Source: an uncultured Sandaracinaceae bacterium
GTDB taxonomy: Bacteria; Myxococcota_A; Polyangia; Polyangiales; Sandaracinaceae
NCBI GenBank assembly: GCA_964429305.1
Contig: CAYSCF010000004.1
Span: 1,845-65,844 of the forward strand
Length of the DNA: 64,000 nt
Direction: 5' to 3'
How positions within the stretch are numbered: the stretch's first letter is position 1; the number at the start of each line of letters is the position of its first letter. Both the position numbers and the translations under genes were made by a program. Of the stretch, positions 28,252-36,273 are shown one piece after another. A model generated the notes under the pieces. It did no database searches and was not told where the DNA came from. It saw only the letters and a program-made list of their open reading frames with translations.

Positions 28252-29186
28252 TGCGTGCGTGCCTCGTGCTCTGTCTCTCGTCGTGCTTGCCGCTGCTCGC
28301 CGGTTGCCTCGCCGTCGATCCACCCGACGGACGCTTGCCGTGTCACATCGCGAGCGACTGCCCTGCGGACTGGGTCTGCTCGAACGCGTTCTGTTTCCAT
28401 CACGCGATGGACGTCGATGCGGGCGATGCGAACGCGCTGCCCGATGCGCGCGCGATCGACGCCGGGCCCGACGTCGGCCCGATCGACGGCGGGCTCGATA
28501 CCGGCCGGGCCGATGTGGGCACGGATGCCAATCGCGACGCCGGACCGCCCTGCACGAGCGCCGCCGACTGCGACGATCACAACGCGTGCACCGGCGCCGA
28601 GACGTGCTCGCCGAGCGGCATCTGCTTGGCCGGCATCGCGCTCGACTGCTCCGACGGCATCTCGTGCACGTCCGACACCTGCATCGGTGCGAGCGGATGC
28701 CTGCATACGCCGAACGACTCGGCGTGCACCGCACAAGCGGGCGGTCACTGCGACGCGGCGCTCGACTGCCAGTACGCGACGTGCTCGAGCGCGACGTGCA
28801 TGGACGACGCGACATCGTGCACGCACGGCGTCTGCAACGGCCTGACCTGCGAGCACACGTCTGCGTGCACGGGCACGAGCATGTGTTGCGGCGGCGCCTG
28901 CGTCGCGGCCGGCTGCGACGACGGCATCGCATGCACCGACGACATGTGTGGTGCGACGGGCTGCATCCACACGCCCAACGCGGGCCGCTGCGACGACGGC
29001 AACGACTGCACCGACGACTCGTGCGGCGCCACGGGCTGCGTGCACACGAACAACACGAACGCGTGCGACGACGGCGACGTCTGCACGCGCGGCGACATCT
29101 GCCGCACCGGCTTCTGCCGCGGCGTGTTGATTCATTGTCCGACGAACGAGGTCTGCGACCCGGAGAGCGGCATCTGCACGACGTGA
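28251..29186 (+). CDS. Cys-rich repeat lipoprotein
   Basis: ATG 28251 overlaps the previous stop (TGATG). Lipobox MRACLVLCLSSCLPLLAGC. Repeats of type CDDGxxCTxDxCGATGCxHTPN. Confidence 0.75.
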   Translation: MRACLVLCLSSCLPLLAGCLAVDPPDGRLPCHIASDCPADWVCSNAFCFHHAMDVDAGDANALPDARAIDAGPDVGPIDGGLDTGRADVGTDANRDAGPPCTSAADCDDHNACTGAETCSPSGICLAGIALDCSDGISCTSDTCIGASGCLHTPNDSACTAQAGGHCDAALDCQYATCSSATCMDDATSCTHGVCNGLTCEHTSACTGTSMCCGGACVAAGCDDGIACTDDMCGATGCIHTPNAGRCDDGNDCTDDSCGATGCVHTNNTNACDDGDVCTRGDICRTGFCRGVLIHCPTNEVCDPESGICTT

Positions 29187-29210
29187 GCGAAACCACGTAC
29201 GATCGGCAGC

Positions 29211-29564
29211 GTGCATCGGTATGTCACCGCGGCCTTCTTGGTCGTCATCGGATGCGCGCCTTCGGCACCTGCATCTCCTGCACCGGGGACCTATCGTGGG
29301 CCTTGCGTTGCCGCGGATGCAGAGAGCGTCGGAGACGCTGGGCCACCGCCGTCCAACGGGTGTCAGTCGGGCTATTGGTGCATCGAGGCGAGGGTCGACG
29401 GCCACGTGGAGAGCTGGTGTGGTTACCCGTGCGATGCGGACACCGATTGCAGCCCGGTGTCGCGTGGCTCGACGTGTGAAGCGTGGGGCTGCTGGTTCAC
29501 GTGCACGCAGGATCTCGACTGCTCTTACGGTGTCGCTTGCCGTGACGGTCACTGCGACGGCTGA
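29211..29564 (+). CDS. Small Cys-rich lipoprotein
   Basis: GTG 29211 (MHRYVTAAFLVVIGC lipobox). 12 further Cys in 117 aa. Co-directional with the preceding genes. Confidence 0.55.
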   Translation: MHRYVTAAFLVVIGCAPSAPASPAPGTYRGPCVAADAESVGDAGPPPSNGCQSGYWCIEARVDGHVESWCGYPCDADTDCSPVSRGSTCEAWGCWFTCTQDLDCSYGVACRDGHCDG

Positions 29565-29574
29565 GAACCTCCGC

Positions 29575-30243
29575 TCACGCGTACCCGAGCACCAGTGCTC
29601 TCGCGAGCAAGTACCACCCGTCGACCATCACGAAGAGCAGCAGCTTGAACGGCAGGCTCACCTGCGTCGGCGAGAGCGATGTCAGGCCGAGTGACACCAG
29701 CACGTTCGCGATCACGAGATCGACGATCAAGAACGGCAGGAACACGAGGAAGCCGAGCTGGAAGGCTTCGCTCAGCTCGGTGACGATGAAGGCGGGCGCG
29801 ACGACGAGCAGGTCGTTGCCATCGACGGCCGCGCGCTGCGGCTCGGGGCGGGCCTCGCGGGCGAGATCGAGGAACAACGATCGCTCGCGCTCGCCCGCGT
29901 TGTGCACGAGGAACGTGCGCAGCGGCTCGATGCCGGCGCGGATGGTCGTGATCAGATCGGACGGATGCGCGAGCGGCGCGGCCGGATCGATCGCGGTCGC
30001 GCTCGGCGCCGCCGCGTCGATCATCGCAGCCCCGACGGGCGCCATCACGTAGAGCGTGAGGATCAGCGAGAGCGCGGTGATCACCGTGCCGCTCGGCAGC
30101 TCGCCGGTGCCGAGGGCGTTGCGCAGCACCGAGAACACGACCGAGATCTTCACGAAGCTCGTCGTCGTGACGAACACGAGCGGGACCAGGCCGATCAAGA
30201 TCAGCGCGACGTAGGGAGTCAGGCTCGCGTCGGAGGGCGACAC
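29575..30243 (-). CDS. sctR: FliP/SctR (YscR/EscR)-family type III export-apparatus protein, orphan
   Basis: GTG at 30243 gives 222 aa (VSPSDASLTPYVALILIGLVPLVFVTTTSFVKISVVFSVLRNALG...). PAFIVTELSEAFQLGFLVFLPFLIVDLVIANVLVSLGLTSLSPTQVSLPFKLLLFVMVDGW is collinear with remembered E. coli FliP. Confidence 0.85.
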   Translation of the reverse strand: MSPSDASLTPYVALILIGLVPLVFVTTTSFVKISVVFSVLRNALGTGELPSGTVITALSLILTLYVMAPVGAAMIDAAAPSATAIDPAAPLAHPSDLITTIRAGIEPLRTFLVHNAGERERSLFLDLAREARPEPQRAAVDGNDLLVVAPAFIVTELSEAFQLGFLVFLPFLIVDLVIANVLVSLGLTSLSPTQVSLPFKLLLFVMVDGWYLLARALVLGYA

Positions 30244-30309
30244 GCGCGCGAGGATCGGTCGGGCCAGCGCTCGCGTCAACGCGGGCGCGTTGTTGTATCG
30301 TTGCGCGCC

Positions 30310-31200
30310 ATGCGGGCCCTGATCGCACTCTGTCTCTCGCTCGTGCTCACGAGCGCTGCGTCCGCGCAAGAGGCGCCCGTTCCGCCGGTGATGGTCGCCG
30401 TGCTCTCGTCCGCGCATGTGCCCGATGACGTCGCGGCTGCGGTGCAGGCCGCGCTCGTCGACGGCGTTCGTCCGCTCGCGGGAGGCCGGCCGGTGCTCGC
30501 CCTCGCGCTGCCGGAGATGCGCGATCGTTTGGCTGCGTGCGCCGATGCGTCGTGCCGAGGCGCGTTCCTCGCCGAGTCGGGCGCGATCGGCGCGGTGATC
30601 GCGCAGCTCTCGCGACGGGGCACGCGCGGCGACACCGCGATGACGCTCGACCTCGTCGATCCCGTGAGCGGCGCATCGCGTCTCTCGCAGAGCGCGAGCC
30701 TCGCCGATGCTGCGAGCGTGAGCGCTTCGCTCGCACTGCTGATCGCCGCGCTGCAGCCGGTGATGTTCTCGCCGCCGCCCGCGCCCGTCATGCTGCGCGT
30801 GAGCGTGAACGTGGACGGCGCGAGCATCTTCGTCGACGACACGCTGGTCGGCAGCTCGCCCATCGCGGCGCAGCGCATCGCACCCGGTCATCACGTGGTG
30901 CGCATCGAGCGCGATGGATACGCACGCACGCAGCGCATGCTCGACGCGCAGCCCGGCGATCAGCCGCGGCTCGAAGTCACGCTTGCCGTGCTCGAGGGAG
31001 GCAGCGCGCCGGTCGCGACGACGAGCTCGATCCCGGGGCCCGTCGGATCGCCGTGGTACGAGGAGTGGTACGTGTGGGCGGCCGTCGGCGGCGGCGTGCT
31101 GGTGGTCGCGGGCATCATCATCGGCGTCTTCTTCGCGACGCAGCCGGGGCCGGCCGCGCCCGATCCGATGGGGATTCCGATCCCGGGGCTGCACTTCTGA
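30310..31200 (+). CDS. Secreted PEGA-domain protein with C-terminal TM anchor
   Basis: ATG 30310 (MRALIALCLSLVLTSAASA). PEGA segment LRVSVNVDGASIFVDDTLVGSSPIAAQRIAPGHHVVRIERDGYARTQRML. TM helix WAAVGGGVLVVAGIIIGVFFA. Confidence 0.75.
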   Translation: MRALIALCLSLVLTSAASAQEAPVPPVMVAVLSSAHVPDDVAAAVQAALVDGVRPLAGGRPVLALALPEMRDRLAACADASCRGAFLAESGAIGAVIAQLSRRGTRGDTAMTLDLVDPVSGASRLSQSASLADAASVSASLALLIAALQPVMFSPPPAPVMLRVSVNVDGASIFVDDTLVGSSPIAAQRIAPGHHVVRIERDGYARTQRMLDAQPGDQPRLEVTLAVLEGGSAPVATTSSIPGPVGSPWYEEWYVWAAVGGGVLVVAGIIIGVFFATQPGPAAPDPMGIPIPGLHF

Positions 31201-31202
31201 GG

Positions 31203-31724
31203 ATGACGATGCGCACTCTCGCTCTCGCTCTCGTGCTGCTCGCCTCGTCCTGCAACGGCCCGCAGGTCGCGCCCCACGGCTTCACGCTCGTCGTGCAGAC
31301 GATGGGCGTGAACGTCGCGGCCGTCGACGGAATGCGCATCGTGTTCACGCCGGTGATGGAGGGCACGATGAGCGCGCACTTCGTGCAGCCCACGCGCGGC
31401 ACGACGTTCGACGACGGCGGCATCATGATCAGCGTCGACTCGGTCACGGGCCTGCTCACGATGACGATCACCGGCGACTACTTCCGCACGAACGCGCTCG
31501 TGGGGACCGATGGCGCCGATCCGCGGCTCGAGATCGAGATCTGGACCGACGACACCACGACACACGCGATGCCGCCGCAGATGCGCGCGACGATCGTGCG
31601 TGGCAGCTCCCAGATCGCGACCGGCGTCGGATACCTTCCTTCTTGGCCGCCCGTGCTAGGGGACAGCGTGACGATCACCGTGCCGTGCGTGATGGGATTC
31701 GAGACGCAGTGCGCCGGACACTGA
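31203..31724 (+). CDS. Lipoprotein, unknown function
   Basis: ATG 31203, 3 nt after the previous stop (MTMRTLALALVLLASSC lipobox). High GC3. Confidence 0.65.
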   Translation: MTMRTLALALVLLASSCNGPQVAPHGFTLVVQTMGVNVAAVDGMRIVFTPVMEGTMSAHFVQPTRGTTFDDGGIMISVDSVTGLLTMTITGDYFRTNALVGTDGADPRLEIEIWTDDTTTHAMPPQMRATIVRGSSQIATGVGYLPSWPPVLGDSVTITVPCVMGFETQCAGH

Positions 31725-32806
31725 TTGTCTCGCTCGCGCTCGCATCGACGGGCTGCATCCGCTACGCGCCCTACGAGGTGACGCGCACGGTCGGGGGCGA
31801 GGTGCGTCAGGGCGTGTTCGTGGCGCCGCCGCAGTACGAGGACTTCGTGCGCGGCGAGCTCGCGGCGGCGCACGGCGACTGGCAGGCGGCGGCGGAAGCA
31901 TACGCGAGCGCGCGCGCCGGCGGCGAGGACGACCCGATGCTCCTCGCGCGCCTGGCCGATGCGTACGATCGTCTCGGCGATCGCACGCACGCGGAAGACG
32001 CGCTGCGCCACGGCATCGCGCTCGACGCGCACGCCGAGATCGTGTGGCAGACGCGGGGCGCCATCGCCGAGCGTCACGAAGAGATCGACGCGGCGATCGA
32101 GGCCTACGAGCGTGCGCACGACGCCGAGCCGTCGAGCGAAGAGCCCGTCCTCTCGCTCGCGCGACTGCTCGCAGCGCACGGTCATGGGGATCGCGCGGCG
32201 AGCCTGCTCGGCGACTTCGCGCAGCACGCGGGCACGCCGCTCGCTGCGGCGCGCGCGGCGCTCGCGCTGGCGCTCACCCAGAGCGATCTGGCGGCGCTCG
32301 CGATCGCGGCGACGGAGCTCGCGCGCATCGCGCCCGCACACACGGACGAGATCGAAGCGGCCGTGCGCGCGCTGCGCGATCGGGGCGATGCGGTGATCGC
32401 GCACCGGCTGCTCGCGCGCTTGCCCGAAGAGACGGTCGATCGCGAGCTCGCGATCGACGTGGCGATTGCCGCCGGAGATCGCGACGCGGCCGAGCGCTGG
32501 CTCGCGTTCCCGCGCGACGAGCATCCGACCTCGCTGACGATCGATGCGCGCCACTGGCTCGCGCTCGGCGATCCGGCGCGCGCAGCCGAGCTCGCGGAGA
32601 TCGCGCGGACGGATTCGACGGCGAGCTCGGAAGCGACCGTCGTGCTCGCCGAGGCGCGTCTGGCGAGCGGCGCCGTCAGCGAGGCCGCCGCGCTCTTCGC
32701 CAGCGTGCCGGTGGGCTCGAGCGCGCACGAGGAAGCGATGACGGGGCTCGCCGGCGCGCTCGCCGCCGGCGGCCTGCCCGCGCTCGGCGCCGAAATGCTG
32801 CGATAG
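31709..32806 (+). CDS. TPR-repeat lipoprotein
   Basis: GTG 31709 (VRRTLIVSLALASTGC) overlaps the previous gene by 16 nt. TPR-like helices (AEAYASARAGGEDDPMLLARLADAYDRLGD...). Confidence 0.65.
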   Translation: MRRTLIVSLALASTGCIRYAPYEVTRTVGGEVRQGVFVAPPQYEDFVRGELAAAHGDWQAAAEAYASARAGGEDDPMLLARLADAYDRLGDRTHAEDALRHGIALDAHAEIVWQTRGAIAERHEEIDAAIEAYERAHDAEPSSEEPVLSLARLLAAHGHGDRAASLLGDFAQHAGTPLAAARAALALALTQSDLAALAIAATELARIAPAHTDEIEAAVRALRDRGDAVIAHRLLARLPEETVDRELAIDVAIAAGDRDAAERWLAFPRDEHPTSLTIDARHWLALGDPARAAELAEIARTDSTASSEATVVLAEARLASGAVSEAAALFASVPVGSSAHEEAMTGLAGALAAGGLPALGAEMLR

Positions 32807-32885
32807 ACCGTTCACCGGCGTTTGGCGACCGCTGACGACGCTCGCGCAGCGCGCACGTCGATCGGCAGCTACGCTCCAGGAGCGC

Positions 32886-34175
32886 ATGTCTCTGGACGTC
32901 ATGCTGATCGAGCTGGCCGAGAAGATGGGGCTTCTCGCGGCGGCCGCGCTCGTGGCGGTCCTCTATCCTCCCTTGCGCAAACGTCTGCTCGGCGGGGGCC
33001 AGCGCAGCGACAAGCTCGCGGCTGCGCTCTTCGGTCTGGCGCTCTCGATCTGGGGCGCGAACCTCGGCTTTCGGTTCGCCAACGAGCACTTCAACGTGCG
33101 CGCGATCGGCGTGCTCATCGCCGCGATCCTCGGCGGATGGAAGGCTGGTCTCATCGCGGGCGTGGGCGGCGGCGTCTTCTACGCGACGCAGGTCGACGAA
33201 GAGACGGCGCCGTGGGTGCTCGTCGCTTCCATCCTCGACGGCGTGCTCGCGGGCATCGTCGCCGAGCGACGGCCCGAGTGGGTGCGCGATCCTCCGCGCG
33301 TGTTCGCGATGGCGGTCGGGATCCAGGCCGTGCACATCGTGGTCGTCGGTGTGGGCCTGGTCCTCGCCGGTACGACCGCGCGCTACCTGCCGGCTTGGCC
33401 TGCGCACGTGGTGAAGCTCCTCGTGAACGCGGCAGGCGTGACGCTCTTCGTCGCCGTGGCGCGTGTCGTCGTCTCGCGCGAGCGCGCGGCGGTCGAGCTC
33501 GTCGAAGCACGCGCGGCAGCCGAGCACGCGACGCTCGAGTCGCTGCGACGACGCCTCGAGCCGCACTTCTTGTTCAACGCGCTCACCGCGGTGCGCGCGA
33601 CGATCCGCAAAGATCCGGAGCGCGCGCGCGAGCTCGTCGCCGATCTCGCCGATCTCTATCGCTACCTGCTCTCGCATCCCGACGACGCGCCGCTGCGTGC
33701 CGAGGTCGCGCATGCGCAGGCGTATCTCGCGATCGAGCGCGCGCGCCTGGGCGAAGAGCGCGTGAAGCTCGAGGTCGATCTGCCGGAGTCGCTCGCCGCG
33801 CTGCGCGTTCCCGCGTTGAGCCTGCAGCCGCTCGTCGAGAACGCGATCCGCCACGGCGTCGCGCGACACGAGGGCGCGGGCGTGATCCGCATCCGCGTGC
33901 GTGACGATAGCGGCGTGCTCGTCGTCACGGTCGAAGATCACACCGAAGGCGCGTCGCTCCCGGAGACGGAGGTCGGCGCCAAGATCGCGCTCGCGACCTT
34001 GCGCGAGCGTCTCGCGCGCCGATTCGGCGAGGCCGCCTCGCTCGCGCTCGCGATCGAGGACGACGGAGCGATCGCGACGCTGCGACTGCCGATCGCGGCG
34101 CTCGGCACCGTGGATCCGGGAATGCAGAGCGACGTGCCGCGCGTTGCTGCGCCGTCCGAGGAGAGAGCCGCGTGA
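32886..34175 (+). CDS. LytS/YehU-type sensor histidine kinase (5TMR-LYT plus His_kinase plus HATPase)
   Basis: AGGAG before ATG 32886. N-terminal polytopic domain. LEPHFLFNALTAVRATI, LSLQPLVENAIRHG. Confidence 0.85.
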   Translation: MSLDVMLIELAEKMGLLAAAALVAVLYPPLRKRLLGGGQRSDKLAAALFGLALSIWGANLGFRFANEHFNVRAIGVLIAAILGGWKAGLIAGVGGGVFYATQVDEETAPWVLVASILDGVLAGIVAERRPEWVRDPPRVFAMAVGIQAVHIVVVGVGLVLAGTTARYLPAWPAHVVKLLVNAAGVTLFVAVARVVVSRERAAVELVEARAAAEHATLESLRRRLEPHFLFNALTAVRATIRKDPERARELVADLADLYRYLLSHPDDAPLRAEVAHAQAYLAIERARLGEERVKLEVDLPESLAALRVPALSLQPLVENAIRHGVARHEGAGVIRIRVRDDSGVLVVTVEDHTEGASLPETEVGAKIALATLRERLARRFGEAASLALAIEDDGAIATLRLPIAALGTVDPGMQSDVPRVAAPSEERAA

Positions 34176-34933
34176 CCCTGCTTCGAGCCCTGGTGGTGGA
34201 CGACGAGCCGCTCGCGCGCGACGAGCTCTGCTTTCTCCTCGGGGAGACCGGCGCCGTCGAGGTCGTCGGCCAGGCGGGCAACACCGCGCGCGCGCTCGAG
34301 CTCGCCGAGGAGCTCGCGCCCGACGTCGCGTTCGTCGATCTGCGGATGCCGGGGCCCGATGGGCTCGCGCTCGCCGAGGCGATCCATGCGCGCTGGCCCG
34401 GCCTCTCGGTCGTGGTGGTCTCGGCGCACGACGAGGGCGCCATCCGCGGCTTCGAGGTCGGCGTCGTCGACTATCTGCTCAAGCCCGCGCGCCTTCCGCG
34501 CGTGCGACAGGCAGTCGATCGCGTGCGCGAGCGTCGCGAGCAAGGCGTGCTCGGCGCCTCTTCGAGTGATCTCGGCGCGAGCACCGGCGAGCCGCTCACG
34601 CGTCTGGCGGTCAAGCGCCGCGGCGCGCTCGTCGTCGTCGACATCGCCGACGTCGCGTGGTTCGAGATGAAGGACGAGCTCGTGTGGGCCGTGACCGACA
34701 CCGATCGCTTCGCGCTCGATCTCACGCTCTCGGCGATCGAGCAGCGCGTGCCGCGCGGCGTCTTCTTCCGATCGCATCGGGGCTACCTCGTGCGTCTCGA
34801 TCGCATCAAGACGCTCGAGCCGAGCGGCGCGGGCACGTTCGACATGCTCCTCGCGCATCCCGACAAACCGAAGATCCCGCTCGCCCGCGAGCGCGCGCGC
34901 GTGCTGCGCGATCTGATCCCGATCGCTGGATGA
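34172..34933 (+). CDS. LytTR-family response regulator
   Basis: GTG 34172 overlaps the kinase stop (GTGA). Receiver LRALVVDDEPLARDEL...DVAFVDLRMPGPDG. LytTR C-terminus (FFRSHRGYLVRLDRI). Confidence 0.85.
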   Translation: MTLLRALVVDDEPLARDELCFLLGETGAVEVVGQAGNTARALELAEELAPDVAFVDLRMPGPDGLALAEAIHARWPGLSVVVVSAHDEGAIRGFEVGVVDYLLKPARLPRVRQAVDRVRERREQGVLGASSSDLGASTGEPLTRLAVKRRGALVVVDIADVAWFEMKDELVWAVTDTDRFALDLTLSAIEQRVPRGVFFRSHRGYLVRLDRIKTLEPSGAGTFDMLLAHPDKPKIPLARERARVLRDLIPIAG

Positions 34934-34942
34934 TCGCGCCGG

Positions 34943-35563
34943 CTAACGCAGCAGCTGGAAGCGCTGGTTCTCGATCTCGGGCGGCGTGGAGGGGGACATC
35001 GCGACGCGCATGAACACGCGCCCCACGCATCGCCCTTCCGGCACGGCGCCGAACTCGCGGCTGTCCTCGCGTGGGTACGTGCGGTTGTCGTCGAGCAGGT
35101 AGAGGCCGTCGTAGTACCCGACCGGGCGCAGCTGCATCTCGCGCCCGTCGCGCTGGAAGACGAGGTGGTTGTCGTTGCCGAGCGCCTCGTAGCCCCAGCG
35201 CATCGCCACCGGCTGATGACTGACGGGGTCCGCGTACTGCACGGTGCCGTGCCAATCGATCGGTGGGTACGTCTCTTCGATCTGCAAGCGTCCGCGATCG
35301 GCGCGGATGGCCGCGCCGTTGCGTCCGACGATGCGCCCGATGACGAAGCGCGTCGGATCGGTCGGGTGATGGCAGAGCATGATCGCTCCGTGCTCGGGCT
35401 CCGAGCCGCGCCACACGAGGACCGTGTCTCCCGCGAAGAGCGTCGGCGCCATTCCGTCGTGGCCGACCGTGACGATGTCGACGTACCAGGTCTTCAAGAC
35501 GGCCCCGACGATCCCGAGGAACACCAGGACGCCCAAGAAGAACTTCAGGTTCTGCCCGCGCAT
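34943..35563 (-). CDS. Signal peptidase I (S26) homologue lacking the catalytic Ser and Lys
   Basis: ATG 35563 (MRGQNLKFFLGVLVFLGIVGAV); codons upstream to 35632 have poor GC3. Boxes GHDGMAPTL (Gly where Ser is expected), FVIGRIVGRNG (Gly where Lys is expected), LLDDNRTYPREDSREFG. Confidence 0.7.
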   Translation of the reverse strand: MRGQNLKFFLGVLVFLGIVGAVLKTWYVDIVTVGHDGMAPTLFAGDTVLVWRGSEPEHGAIMLCHHPTDPTRFVIGRIVGRNGAAIRADRGRLQIEETYPPIDWHGTVQYADPVSHQPVAMRWGYEALGNDNHLVFQRDGREMQLRPVGYYDGLYLLDDNRTYPREDSREFGAVPEGRCVGRVFMRVAMSPSTPPEIENQRFQLLR

Positions 35564-35658
35564 TTGCGAGCCGAGCGTAGCGCGCGCAGCCGCCGAGGGT
35601 GCATTTGCCGACGAGACCGATCGCATCCGCACCTTGACCCACCTTTCCCCGGCGTGGG

Positions 35659-36273
35659 ATGCAAGCGCCTATGAAGCGCCGCGTCCTGTCGATCGCCCTC
35701 GTTCTCGCTGGAATCGTGATCGGTCGATGGAGCACGAGCGCACCCGTGCTCGCGCAGTCGGGCCACGATGCAGGTGTTGCTCGGGCGGCCGTGGCGGCGC
35801 CGGCCGCGACGACGGCGACCGTTCCGGAGGGCCAGCCGCGCTACCTCGCTGCGATGCGCGAAGAGCTCACCGCGATGGGCGTGGCCGATGCCTCGTGCGA
35901 AGCGACCGACTCACAGCGCGCGCACTGTCGCCTGACGCAGACGGGGAGCTCGACCAACCGCGGCTACGAGGTGCACCTCTCGTACAGCGACGTGACCGAC
36001 ACGATCTACGCGTACGTCGATCGCTATCTCGTCGTGACGAGCGAGGGCGCGCACACCGATGTGGTCATGCGCCGTCTGATGGAGCTGAACTGGACGATGC
36101 TCATGGGCAAGTTCGAGTGGGATCCTACGGACGGCGAAGTGCGGCTCGCGATGATCCTCAACACGGACTCCAACTTCGACCGCCGCGCGTTCCGCTCGAC
36201 CGTCCGCGCGCTGACCTCGCTCGCCGATCGCCACTACGGCGAGCTGAACCGACTCAACGAGTCGGGCCGTTAG
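35659..36273 (+). CDS. Secreted YbjN-like (type III chaperone-like fold) protein
   Basis: Signal-like MKRRVLSIALVLAGIVIG. RLMELNWTMLMGKFEWDPTDGEVRLAMILNTDSNFDRRAFRSTVRALTSLADRHYGEL resembles the YbjN family. Confidence 0.55.
   Translation: MQAPMKRRVLSIALVLAGIVIGRWSTSAPVLAQSGHDAGVARAAVAAPAATTATVPEGQPRYLAAMREELTAMGVADASCEATDSQRAHCRLTQTGSSTNRGYEVHLSYSDVTDTIYAYVDRYLVVTSEGAHTDVVMRRLMELNWTMLMGKFEWDPTDGEVRLAMILNTDSNFDRRAFRSTVRALTSLADRHYGELNRLNESGR

Noticed and set aside
35564-35632. Upstream extension of the signal-peptidase homologue to ATG 35632, and the GCAAATGC direct repeat (35560-35567 / 35601-35608)
   Set aside because: Codons in the extension have poor GC3 (7 of 20 end in A/T), so it is probably non-coding. 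The 8-nt repeat with 41-nt spacing is too short to call a regulatory site without further evidence.
27487-36273. Possibility of a type III secretion or flagellar gene cluster around sctR
   Set aside because: I looked for SctS/T/U/V, ATPase, secretin, SctJ/D and needle-like genes in all frames and found none. Only the single FliP/SctR homologue is present, so it is reported as an orphan, not as a T3SS locus.
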